DNA of 40,538 nucleotides, taken from positions 1-40,538 of the IMG/VR virus record IMGVR_UViG_3300048043_000009; one strand, written 5' to 3'. Position 1 is the first letter of the stretch. Every line of letters starts with the position of its first letter. The translations under genes and the position numbers were made by a program. Source of the stretch: a virus. Taxonomy: Duplodnaviria > Caudoviricetes. The notes below the pieces were generated by a model. That model worked only from the letters and a program-made list of their open reading frames with translations. It did not search any database and had not been told where the DNA came from. This document shows, piece after piece, positions 18,465 to 26,934 of this stretch.

Positions 18465-18869
18465 ATGAGTATAACATTAGAGCAAGCCAAAAACATGATA
18501 GGGTATCAATTGCATCGTAGGGGATGCTTAGATCAAACGTTTAGAGAATGCCTATTTGAAAATTTAGATCCTGTTTGTACTTTGGATGTTAGGGGATATA
18601 TCAACGATTTAGACAATGAATGGATGAAAAAAGAATATCAAAGGGCCTTGGATATCCAAGGGGAACTTAGCATAGAAGATATAGCAGGGGCGTTGACTGA
18701 ACTAGCTGAAAAGGCTAGTAAAGGATATTTCAGCGGTACTAACTTTGAATATCAGTCCGTTGTTGCCTGTTACGTCAAGCGCTTAGCAGACCTAGCTTGC
18801 GGATGCCGGCATTATGAAAGTACGTTTAAGAGCAAATTGGAAAAAATAACACAACTAGCAGGGGAATAA
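18465..18869 (+). CDS. Early hypothetical protein
   Basis: AGGGGA RBS, 134 aa. Confidence 0.75.
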   Translation: MSITLEQAKNMIGYQLHRRGCLDQTFRECLFENLDPVCTLDVRGYINDLDNEWMKKEYQRALDIQGELSIEDIAGALTELAEKASKGYFSGTNFEYQSVVACYVKRLADLACGCRHYESTFKSKLEKITQLAGE

Positions 18870-18872
18870 GCA

Positions 18873-19184
18873 ATGAAAAGACAAGACGTAACAACAAGTA
18901 ATTTGGCTGATTTTGGATCAAGAGAACGTAAAATGCTAGTGGAATTACTACTAGCTTGGGAAAATCAGGGATTGCCAGACGGTTTCTATCAAGACGAAGT
19001 AACTCCTATGATGAATAGAAATAGCGGTTGCTTATTTCTTACTAACAGCGACTACCAGGTAGCCATGATGAATGGTGACAAGCTTGAAATATGGCATAAT
19101 TGCCCTAATTGCGGGCATGAAGGATTTGCAGAGGATTGCCAGGTTAATGATGAAGATTGTAACGGATGCAGAAAAGATGAATAG
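18873..19184 (+). CDS. Early hypothetical with C-terminal Zn-finger
   Basis: NSGCLFLTN motif, CPNC...C...CNGC. Confidence 0.75.
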   Translation: MKRQDVTTSNLADFGSRERKMLVELLLAWENQGLPDGFYQDEVTPMMNRNSGCLFLTNSDYQVAMMNGDKLEIWHNCPNCGHEGFAEDCQVNDEDCNGCRKDE

Positions 19185-19204
19185 CCCGAAAGGGCTTTCT
19201 TGTT
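19183..19204 (+). terminator. Intrinsic terminator
   Basis: AGCCC-GAAA-GGGCT followed by TTCTTGTT. Confidence 0.6.
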
Positions 19205-19260
19205 GCACCAAATAATAAAAATATGATAAAACACAACAAACGAACGAAGCGAAGAGGGGA

Positions 19261-19446
19261 GTGCTAGCCGTGGTAACCAAAAAACAATTAAAGCCAAAGG
19301 GGAGTCTTAAGGTAAAGACACACCTGTATATCCCAGAGGAGCTAAGCCTAAGATTTAAAGCATACTGTGCACTAGACAGGTATACAATGAGTGAGAAGTT
19401 TGAAGAAATTTTGATAAAATTGCTAAGTGAAAACAAAAAAGGCTAG
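19261..19446 (+). CDS. Ribbon-helix-helix DNA-binding protein
   Basis: KTHLYIPEELSLRFKAYCA...TMSEKFEEIL beta-alpha-alpha pattern. Confidence 0.7.
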   Translation: MLAVVTKKQLKPKGSLKVKTHLYIPEELSLRFKAYCALDRYTMSEKFEEILIKLLSENKKG

Positions 19447-19452
19447 GGGATT

Positions 19453-20184
19453 ATGAACGCGAACACAAAGATTTTGGTTGAAAAAGACCATTCTAAATTT
19501 AAGATTTTTAGCGAAAACAGACCGGTGACTTATGCCCACGTTATGAAAATTTGCGACAATGAAAGCTTTCCGCTAAAATACATGTTAAACCCTATAATCG
19601 TTAATGAGAATATGTATGTAATCGATGGACAGCACAGGCTACAGGCATTGACAATGCTAAATCTCCCTGTGTATTATGTAATCCAAGAAGGCGGGGATTG
19701 TATGTCAATAATCAATTATCAGACGTCAAAAAAATGGACAGTTGAAGATTTTATTAGATTTTATGCACGTAGGGGATTGCGAGATTTCAATTATTTATTA
19801 GAATACAGAGAGCGTTATGAGATATCACTTTTCACGGCAGCCACATTGGTAAGATGCTTTTGTGAAGTTAAGGGAAAATCTAAAAGCTCCATTTTTCGCG
19901 AAGGGATTCTAGATATCACACACAAAGACAAGCTGGAAGATTTTTCGTATCTTTACATACCAGTTGTCAAGAAAATCCAAACGGATATGAAACCTAAAAA
20001 AATACCTCAGCCATTTCATGAGTCTTATATTAGAGCTGCCGTTGAGATATACTATCAAGACAGGGCGCGTTTAAAGATACTGATGGACAAGCTACCAAAC
20101 TATTGCACGTCAATACCTAACACCAGCAAAGAAAATGAAGCACGAGAGAATTTTGAAATAATCATAGCTAGAAGGGCACGATAA
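19453..20184 (+). CDS. ParB/Srx-like N-terminal domain protein
   Basis: NRPV, NPIIVN, IDGQHRLQA. Confidence 0.8.
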   Translation: MNANTKILVEKDHSKFKIFSENRPVTYAHVMKICDNESFPLKYMLNPIIVNENMYVIDGQHRLQALTMLNLPVYYVIQEGGDCMSIINYQTSKKWTVEDFIRFYARRGLRDFNYLLEYRERYEISLFTAATLVRCFCEVKGKSKSSIFREGILDITHKDKLEDFSYLYIPVVKKIQTDMKPKKIPQPFHESYIRAAVEIYYQDRARLKILMDKLPNYCTSIPNTSKENEARENFEIIIARRAR

Positions 20185-20543
20185 TGGAATTGCGCATAGT
20201 TATACATATCGAAATGAAAATTGTGTCTGAACTTAATGTAAAAGAGCACTGGGCTAAGCGTCACCGGCGGCATAAAACACAAAATTTAAAGATATGGCAA
20301 GCTATGCGTACCATTAATCCACAATTACCTTGCAAGGTGAATCTAATCAGAGTTGCCCCTAGGGCGCTTGACTATGATAACCTTGTGGGAGCTATGAAAA
20401 GCATTAGAGATTGTGTAGCAGATCAACTAATACCCGGGCTTGCGCCTGGGCGTGCCGATAATTTTGCTGGTCTCAGTTGGGAATACGCGCAAAAGAAAGA
20501 TAAGCCAAAATACTATGGATTATCAATTGAATTCTTTTGGTGA
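20184..20543 (+). CDS. RusA-like Holliday junction resolvase
   Basis: PRALDYDNL..AMKSIRDCVAD...DN. Confidence 0.7.
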   Translation: MELRIVIHIEMKIVSELNVKEHWAKRHRRHKTQNLKIWQAMRTINPQLPCKVNLIRVAPRALDYDNLVGAMKSIRDCVADQLIPGLAPGRADNFAGLSWEYAQKKDKPKYYGLSIEFFW

Positions 20544-20725
20544 ATTTTATCCAAGTTTTCCTGTATAATTTTCATATTCACACTCATTTTGTCGTCAAAA
20601 TCTGCTTGATGCTCAAAACATTTCCTTAGAGAATCAATACATTCTTGATGATATTTAACTTTGCCGTTCAAATGCCAAACTTTTACCAATAAAAATCCAG
20701 ATACAAAACATAAAAATCCAATCAT
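20513..20725 (-). CDS. Small N-anchored membrane protein
   Basis: Hydrophobic N-terminus plus coiled coil. Confidence 0.6.
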   Translation of the reverse strand: MIGFLCFVSGFLLVKVWHLNGKVKYHQECIDSLRKCFEHQADFDDKMSVNMKIIQENLDKIHQKNSIDNP

Positions 20726-20928
20726 TTCGTACCTCTACATATATTTCTTTCCAAAATATCAAGCCTGTCATGTAAGTCAAAAGCCATCTTTGACAAAGCA
20801 TTTTCCCTAGCAAACAAAGATTTTCGCATTTTATTCATAGATTCGCGCAAAGAATCTATTTCAAGTTGCAAGCATTCTGTCTCTGTAGGTATTGGCTTGA
20901 AAAAGTCATATTGTATAGGTAACGCCAT
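20722..20928 (-). CDS. Coiled-coil hypothetical
   Basis: Coupled to both neighbours. Confidence 0.7.
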   Translation of the reverse strand: MALPIQYDFFKPIPTETECLQLEIDSLRESMNKMRKSLFARENALSKMAFDLHDRLDILERNICRGTK

Positions 20929-21077
20929 TAGTGTAACCCGTGAAAATCACACATTAACTCATAAGTAAAATCCCAATCTTGCTCCAAAGCTGCAAGTATA
21001 ACCTCGAATTGCAGTTGAGTAAGGGCACTTTTTGGCAAAGACTTAACAATATTTTCCAATTCTGTTACAGTTGTCAT
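20928..21077 (-). CDS. 49-aa hypothetical (below track cutoff)
   Basis: GGAGG RBS, MTTVTELENIV..., TAATG overlap with the next gene. Confidence 0.65.
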   Translation of the reverse strand: MTTVTELENIVKSLPKSALTQLQFEVILAALEQDWDFTYELMCDFHGLH

Positions 21078-21083
21078 AAACAC

Positions 21084-21124
21084 CTCCGCGAAGATTATAT
21101 ATAAACTCCGCGAAGATAAGCAAC
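21084..21124 (-). promoter_or_regulatory. Promoter with two 12-bp direct repeats
   Basis: TTGCTT-N18-TATAAT; CTCCGCGAAGAT at 21084 and 21106. Confidence 0.6.
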
Positions 21125-21137
21125 TACAGAAAATATT

Positions 21138-21470
21138 TTAAATATCCAGCTTGAAACGTTTGACTATATTTTCAAAAGCTCCTATCTGTTTTTCCGAAAG
21201 CGTGAAACCTTTTTCTACTTTTTCCCAAAGAGATAGTATAAACTTTTTGTCAAAAGTAGGTTGCGTTTCCGCCCATTTTAGCATCTTTTCCAACCTGTCA
21301 CTCAAAGAGCCAATAGGGCCAACTTTGGGCGATTCAGCATTTGAGTTTATCCTCTTATTATATTCTTCTTGTATTTCATTTATGATGCCTTGATCGCTCT
21401 CGATGCAAGCACCAAACCTCTGATATTTTACGATTACTTCTTCTTTGCTCTTACAATTATCGAAATACAT
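21138..21470 (-). CDS. Protein with degenerate J-domain-like N-terminus
   Basis: YFDNCKSKEEV..KY...EIQEEY pattern without HPD. Confidence 0.5.
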   Translation of the reverse strand: MYFDNCKSKEEVIVKYQRFGACIESDQGIINEIQEEYNKRINSNAESPKVGPIGSLSDRLEKMLKWAETQPTFDKKFILSLWEKVEKGFTLSEKQIGAFENIVKRFKLDI

Positions 21471-21472
21471 AT

Positions 21473-22903
21473 TTACACTCCTACTAGCCCTTCGGCGTAG
21501 CTATCAAATTCAGGGACATAACGCATATAAAAAAACCTCTCAAAACCGCACAATCTATTTTTGCATACTCTGATTTTAACTCTCAAAAGATCTAGGGGAT
21601 CTAGCCTATCCATCCGCGTGATAATCACAACATTATCAGCATATTGTTTGATTCCAGAGCTGCCCTTTAAATCAGACATGCCCACCTCTTGCCCTTCAGG
21701 CAATTGCTTAGGATGCACAACAAGTATTATTCCCATTTGGAATTCCATAGCCAATTCGTGGATACATCGCATTGCCTCTGTGATAGCCTCAGAGGTGTTT
21801 TTTCCATCTGATTCATAAAGATAATCAAGGTGATCTAATAACACATAATCTATGTTATATACGTAAGAAGCTTGCTCAAACAAGTTTCTTAGTTGAGCTA
21901 ATCTAACATTGCTATTGGATATGTTAAGAAACACCTTGTAAACATCGTAGTAGTCTTTACATGACTTTCTATCTTCATCGGAAAAAGCATCGAACTTCAT
22001 CTTTTTCTTCAGAATTAAAGACGCCATTTTTCTGTGTATCGTCTTTGGATTCATTTCAAATGAATTTATCCAAACGCCTTTGCCTTTTTCAGCTAACATT
22101 TTCATAAGATAAAGAGCAAAGCTCGTTTTTCCGCTCCCAGTATCACCACAAAGAACCGTTACTTCCCCTTTGCGCATACCTCCAAGTATGGCGTCAAGCT
22201 TTTCCACGCCAAATTTCACACCTAGATCGACTGGATCGTAGTAGTCTGAAGAAAAATCTGTGCCGTCTGTGATAGCTGGATTATCGATCCTTCTAGCATT
22301 TTGCATTAAAAGCTGTAAATCCGTCATGTCGACCTCAGGATTTTTTATAATCCACTCATTCGCATCCTTGCAAGGAAGAACAAGCCGTCGATACCTCAAT
22401 GGACTAATGAGTTTCTCCGCCTTTTTGGCTGCTTCCTCACCTGGACTGTCCATATCGGTAGCTATGTAAATCAGCTTAAATTGCTGTAAAAACTCGTAGT
22501 TGTTTCGGATAGCACTTTCTATCGATCCAGCCCCGCTTGGCAGAGAAACGCAATTAGAAGCTCCTAATTGAGCTAACGCTATGCAATCGAATTCCCCTTC
22601 GGTGATTATGAGATAATCGCTTGTAGAGCCTTTAAACTGAGAAAAAAAGGGCATCTTGAAGGTGTCCTTCAATTTATCATCGATGTAGTTGTATGTTTGC
22701 ATTTTCTTGTTGCTCATAGCTCTTGACTTCCAGCGAACGATTTCGCCATTGCGGGTAAATGCAAAATGCATGTAACCATCGCATGATGCACAACCGCGTT
22801 TAATTGCCTCAGGAATCGATAAAAACCTTGAGGCAAGGAATTCCCTGCCTTCTGCATCTAACGAGCCTGGAGAGAAGAATAAGGGCATTGTAGGGCTATT
22901 CAT
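21473..22903 (-). CDS. Primase-helicase (TOPRIM plus DnaB-like; T7 gp4/Twinkle type)
   Basis: ITEGEFD, SLPSGA, ATDMD, CKDANEW; Walker A GDTGSGKT; LDHL; VVHP; DLKGSSGIKQYADNV; KNR. Confidence 0.93.
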   Translation of the reverse strand: MNSPTMPLFFSPGSLDAEGREFLASRFLSIPEAIKRGCASCDGYMHFAFTRNGEIVRWKSRAMSNKKMQTYNYIDDKLKDTFKMPFFSQFKGSTSDYLIITEGEFDCIALAQLGASNCVSLPSGAGSIESAIRNNYEFLQQFKLIYIATDMDSPGEEAAKKAEKLISPLRYRRLVLPCKDANEWIIKNPEVDMTDLQLLMQNARRIDNPAITDGTDFSSDYYDPVDLGVKFGVEKLDAILGGMRKGEVTVLCGDTGSGKTSFALYLMKMLAEKGKGVWINSFEMNPKTIHRKMASLILKKKMKFDAFSDEDRKSCKDYYDVYKVFLNISNSNVRLAQLRNLFEQASYVYNIDYVLLDHLDYLYESDGKNTSEAITEAMRCIHELAMEFQMGIILVVHPKQLPEGQEVGMSDLKGSSGIKQYADNVVIITRMDRLDPLDLLRVKIRVCKNRLCGFERFFYMRYVPEFDSYAEGLVGV

Positions 22904-23883
22904 GATTTCACCTTGAGTATGGTTTGTAATTCGTGGTCGGAAAGTTCGATCCCAGCTGATTTCGTTTGAGCCAACGGAAGTTTGATACCTCGACTAGATA
23001 AAAATGATCCACATTTATCCTCAAAGCCTGAACCGAACAAAAAGATCTGCTGAGTTGTGCCTGAAGTGAATGTTATACCCATTGCGTCAATGAAACACTC
23101 GTATCCTGCATAAGTATTTCCATTCTTGAAGTATGCCTTAGCTTGATTTGTGAATGACTGTGTTCCACTTGACTTAGGTTTTGCATCTTGCTGCATGTTC
23201 AATTCCAGCTTGTCGAACTGCTTTTTCAAAGACGCTGTTGAGAGTATATTCTTTCGCCAAAAGTCGTTAGACGGCAACCAGGCGATCACCGCCTTGATAT
23301 TTTCCGCAACCCTACCAGCCTTGAGCATCGAATCGACGATCTTAGCCCAAGCGGCAAGGTTGGGCTCGGGATAGTCAGGCTTAAAAGTTTGGATTTGCTG
23401 ATAAAGAAAAAGAGCAAGTTCGGACGCGGCAGCGGACGTATGTTCTTTCTTATCTTCTTTACTTTCTTTCTTTCTTAGTTCCTCGCCCTTCGGTCGCCCT
23501 TCGGTCGCCCCTGGCTCGCCCTTCCGGTCGCCCTGTTCGTCTAAATTTATGTCGTAAATGTCTGAGCTTATGATCTTTACCTTAGTGCCTACGGTCGCCC
23601 TTCCGGTCGCCCCTTTTTTGCGATTTCTGCAAGTTTCAACAATTTCGATCGCCCTTACGCTCAAAAGTCTCTCTTTTGCTACACGATATTCCTTCTCTGT
23701 TAGTCCTAGTGTTTTGTGATCTCCAATGTGACATTCCCCGGGTAGCAAACCATCTGGATGTCCCGCAAATAATCTAGCGCGCATGGCTATTAAAGTAAGA
23801 AGTCGGTAGGCGTTTGGGTGATTAAAAAAAAGCCATTCAGACTCAGCACTCCTAAGCAATTTTATAAATCCACACATAGACAC
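22900..23883 (-). CDS. Replication initiator (lambda O-like)
   Basis: N-terminal wHTH-like region, internal iterons, FWRKNILSTASLKKQFDKL motif. Confidence 0.8.
   Translation of the reverse strand: MSMCGFIKLLRSAESEWLFFNHPNAYRLLTLIAMRARLFAGHPDGLLPGECHIGDHKTLGLTEKEYRVAKERLLSVRAIEIVETCRNRKKGATGRATVGTKVKIISSDIYDINLDEQGDRKGEPGATEGRPKGEELRKKESKEDKKEHTSAAASELALFLYQQIQTFKPDYPEPNLAAWAKIVDSMLKAGRVAENIKAVIAWLPSNDFWRKNILSTASLKKQFDKLELNMQQDAKPKSSGTQSFTNQAKAYFKNGNTYAGYECFIDAMGITFTSGTTQQIFLFGSGFEDKCGSFLSSRGIKLPLAQTKSAGIELSDHELQTILKVKS
23441..23654. repeat. Iteron array / replication origin inside initiator gene
   Basis: TCGCCC at 23483, 23494, 23505, 23516, 23528, 23595, 23607, 23649 beside a pyrimidine/AT-rich tract at 23441-23480. 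Confidence 0.8.
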
Positions 23884-24200
23884 CTCTCATCCGTCAATGT
23901 GAGTGTGCTTCTTGTATTGACAACTTCATGTTTTATCCATGTGTATCTTTCAAATATTTTAATTGCTCTTGATATCTTAATAAGGGGGATAGATTTGTGA
24001 CAAAGCCGATGTAATTCCCTGAAGGTTATAGAAATTTGTCTTCGATTAAGGAAAATCATTTTTCCATGATCGTCAAATAATCTATCCTTTACGAAGAACC
24101 TAGAAAGCAATACCAAAAATATATGCTGATAATCAGGTGAAAGTTCTTGCCAAAGAGGCTCTTCTAAAAAATCATTTTCAATCTGGATTTTCACAGACAT
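23862..24200 (-). CDS. Stand-alone wHTH-like protein resembling the initiator N-terminus
   Basis: IFLVLLSR...LNRRQISITFRELH...ISRAIKIF pattern. Confidence 0.6.
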   Translation of the reverse strand: MSVKIQIENDFLEEPLWQELSPDYQHIFLVLLSRFFVKDRLFDDHGKMIFLNRRQISITFRELHRLCHKSIPLIKISRAIKIFERYTWIKHEVVNTRSTLTLTDERCLCVDL

Positions 24201-24232
24201 GGCGGTATCCTTGATTAAAATAAATGTTTGAA

Positions 24233-24338
24233 TTGAAATTTAATCAGGATATGATAGAATGGGAGACGAAAAATCCCCAAAAGTATCATATCTCTGATAC
24301 GAAAATAAGCCGGACTACGAATCCGGCTTTTTCTTTTT
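24233..24338 (+). ncRNA. Putative antisense sRNA unit 1 (promoter, about 70-nt RNA, terminator)
   Basis: TTGAAA-N16-TAGAAT with extended TG; AAGCCGGA-N7-TCCGGCTT followed by TTTCTTTTT. Confidence 0.55.
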
Positions 24339-24372
24339 AAGACGCTAACACATCTTAAGCTTAAAGTACACA

Positions 24373-24660
24373 TCAAACGACCTCATTGACCGTGTCCCAA
24401 CCTACGAGCTCAATGCAAAAACTGTCGTCTCTTTCTTCAAAATTTACTAAGGATTCTTTAAGCAGACGAAAAAGAAAATTCCTAAATCTCGTTGTAGATT
24501 CTAGAAATTCCATCCTGATATCTTCATGTAAAATAACAATCTGGTTTTCACTGTCTTTTTTATTCCAGAGCTTGATGTATAAACTTGCCGCTTCGGGGCA
24601 ATGATCTGTAACCTGGGTGAGGAACATAACGGGTGGTAATTCGGGAAAAATGAAATCCAT
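24373..24660 (-). CDS. Hypothetical wHTH-like protein
   Basis: AGAGG RBS; in replication operon. Confidence 0.7.
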   Translation of the reverse strand: MDFIFPELPPVMFLTQVTDHCPEAASLYIKLWNKKDSENQIVILHEDIRMEFLESTTRFRNFLFRLLKESLVNFEERDDSFCIELVGWDTVNEVV

Positions 24661-24698
24661 AAGACCTCTGTAAACATATTTTTAATGCGACAGAGCAC

Positions 24699-24797
24699 TG
24701 GACAAAAATGCGATACTTGCTTAAAGTAATGGCGTTTTTAATGTGCTCTTTGGGGTTAGTTCGGTTGGCACCTTTGGCTAACCCCACTCTTTTTTTT
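24699..24797 (+). ncRNA. Putative antisense sRNA unit 2 (promoter, about 65-nt RNA, terminator)
   Basis: TGGACA-N17-TAAAGT; TGGGGTTAGTT/GGCTAACCCCA hairpin followed by CTC and a T8 run. Confidence 0.6.
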
Positions 24798-24831
24798 GGT
24801 TTCCCAATCATGAAATTATAAATCTTAAATT

Positions 24832-25047
24832 TCAATCTCGATCTACAATCACCGTGAGCAAATATTTTCCTTCGACTTTTTTGACATTAGCGCTTATGTT
24901 GTAGGAAACAATCTTACCGCTAAGGGTCTTACGGATGAAAAATGTGTGGAAAAATCTAGTCGAAATGGTCTGGGAAGACAAACCTTTTTTATACCTTGTC
25001 ATGCTCAATCTGGGGTTTGGCGCGTTTTGCATTTGGCTTTTTATCAT
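24832..25047 (-). CDS. Hypothetical protein
   Basis: Follows the Cro-like gene; start uncertain. Confidence 0.45.
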   Translation of the reverse strand: MIKSQMQNAPNPRLSMTRYKKGLSSQTISTRFFHTFFIRKTLSGKIVSYNISANVKKVEGKYLLTVIVDRD

Positions 25048-25255
25048 TGCGATGCTCTAAACGATATTTGTTATGTGATAGGTCCATGCAGCGCACCGCG
25101 CCTTTAGTCTGTTCTTCTATTATCGATGCAACCGACAAACTTGGCTCTTGTCTGCCGCTGCAAATGTTATAAATCGTTGCAGGTGATACACCTATCTTGT
25201 TAGCGAACCACTCCATTCTCATGCCTGTTTCAACAAAATATTCCTTAAGATTCAT
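24989..25255 (-). CDS. Cro-like XRE HTH regulator
   Basis: FANKIGVSPATIYNICSGRQEPS...IEEQTKGAV..DL. Confidence 0.88.
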   Translation of the reverse strand: MNLKEYFVETGMRMEWFANKIGVSPATIYNICSGRQEPSLSVASIIEEQTKGAVRCMDLSHNKYRLEHRNDKKPNAKRAKPQIEHDKV

Positions 25256-25284
25256 GTGTTTACCTATTTTTTTTAGTTTATGTG

Positions 25285-25313
25285 TTGCACTTAATTCGTG
25301 CGTATGTTATAGT
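25285..25313 (+). promoter_or_regulatory. Rightward promoter of the recombination operon
   Basis: TTGCAC-N17-TATAGT with extended TG. Confidence 0.7.
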
Positions 25314-25387
25314 TGTATCATACGAGGTTACACAAGTCAAGGCTTAATGTCAATCTCGAAACAACAAACACACTGAGAGAAATTTAT

Positions 25388-25564
25388 ATGAATGATGAAT
25401 TTAGAAAGATAAAAGAGAGGACTTGGAGAGAAATATATGCAGATGTAACGGATAGATTCCTTTCTGATGAGCTAAAATGTATTGCAGGTCACATGAGCGA
25501 TCTTAGCGTGAGAGAAAAATTAGTTAGACAAGAAATAATGAAAAGAGGTGCCAACCATGAGTAA
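25388..25564 (+). CDS. Hypothetical protein
   Basis: MNDEFRK start, GAGAG upstream. Confidence 0.6.
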   Translation: MNDEFRKIKERTWREIYADVTDRFLSDELKCIAGHMSDLSVREKLVRQEIMKRGANHE

Positions 25565-25745
25565 TTTACAAGAATTAGTTAGCCTAGCCGAAATGATCAC
25601 CGAGAAACTTGATAGAGCAGTTCGCGATGAGGTGAACTTCGCCGGCATAATCAGCGACACACTTGAATATTATGCGCAGCAGACGAGACGCTTACGCAAT
25701 GATCTTTATCAAGTACAAATGTATTCGGAGGGTGAATATGCTTAA
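25557..25745 (+). CDS. Hypothetical protein
   Basis: GAGG RBS. Confidence 0.65.
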   Translation: MSNLQELVSLAEMITEKLDRAVRDEVNFAGIISDTLEYYAQQTRRLRNDLYQVQMYSEGEYA

Positions 25746-26025
25746 TTTCAAAAGCGATGCACATCTTCAAGCCGCTTCGGATGAGATGTATAAATACTAT
25801 GATGAGGCTTTGGAGATAGTAAAATGTTCGATCTCAGGTCTATTTGCTAAAGACTTGTTAGCCATTCTTAGCGTTACGTGGTGGGAAGGCGAAATGTCAG
25901 CTAAAGTAATGGCTAAGAATTTGGGGCTAACTAAAGCTCATTTTCAAGCGACTCGAGGAAATAATGAGTATTTTGCTTGGATGATCGAAGATGACCTAGC
26001 AGCTCAACAAGCTGAGGGATATTAA
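25738..26025 (+). CDS. Hypothetical protein
   Basis: GGAGGG RBS, MLNFKS start. Confidence 0.7.
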   Translation: MLNFKSDAHLQAASDEMYKYYDEALEIVKCSISGLFAKDLLAILSVTWWEGEMSAKVMAKNLGLTKAHFQATRGNNEYFAWMIEDDLAAQQAEGY

Positions 26026-26109
26026 CAAAGGGGGGACCATCCCCCCTAAGAATCAATAAATTGTCCGTTCAACAAAATATTATATCTTCACAGAGAAAAA
26101 GGAAAGACA

Positions 26110-26934
26110 ATGAGCGCTCAAATACAAGTTTATGAAAAAACGCAAGTACCTGCACATTTTGATGATCAAGTTGCTAGCGCAGTCAAAGAAATGTTTCCAG
26201 AGCTTACAGCCAGCGAGTTTATTCTTTTTGGTATGGTGTGCCAGCGCACAGGGCTTGACCCTATCCTGAAGCAAATCTATGCTGTCAAACGCATGGATAA
26301 CAAGATAGGTCGCAAGGTTATGACTGTCCAAACAGGTATCGATGGATTCAGAATGGCAGCCGAAAGAACCGATTGTTATGCCCCAGGCCCAGAGCCTACA
26401 TTTGCACATGACTCTAACGGTAATTTTATTTCTGCCACTGCCTATGTCAAAAAAATGACTAAGGACGGTACTTGGCACCTAGTGGGGGCTACAGCTTACT
26501 TTGATGAATATTGCCAGAAGTACAACGGGAAACCTACAGGTTTTTGGGCGACAATGGGTAAAGGGCAAACCGCCAAATGTGCTGAAGCTCTTGCAATTCG
26601 CAAAGCATTTCCTAATAGATTTGCTCAACTGTATTCGGTTGATGAAATGAACCAATCGCAAAATGTAACAGTAGTGGAAGAAACAAAATCTAAACCTGCT
26701 CTCGTAGAGAAAAAGGCTCCATCGTTGATAGGGGAGTATGCCTATATCTCCAAAGAGCAAGCTACTGAGCTAAGGGCAGAAATAGGGGAAGATCTTAACT
26801 ATCTCGAACAGTTTATAGACAAAATGAAGTCTCACAAAGTGAATTCTCTGGAAGAAATTCCAGCTAATTGGTACGCTCGCGCGTTAAATTTAGCTAAAGC
26901 AAACACTGAGTCTAAACAAAAAAAGTCGATGTAA
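26110..26934 (+). CDS. bet: Single-strand annealing recombinase Bet/RecT
   Basis: CQRTGLDPILKQIYAV, QTGIDGFR, KCAEALAIRKAFP, LYSVDEM. Confidence 0.92.
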   Translation: MSAQIQVYEKTQVPAHFDDQVASAVKEMFPELTASEFILFGMVCQRTGLDPILKQIYAVKRMDNKIGRKVMTVQTGIDGFRMAAERTDCYAPGPEPTFAHDSNGNFISATAYVKKMTKDGTWHLVGATAYFDEYCQKYNGKPTGFWATMGKGQTAKCAEALAIRKAFPNRFAQLYSVDEMNQSQNVTVVEETKSKPALVEKKAPSLIGEYAYISKEQATELRAEIGEDLNYLEQFIDKMKSHKVNSLEEIPANWYARALNLAKANTESKQKKSM

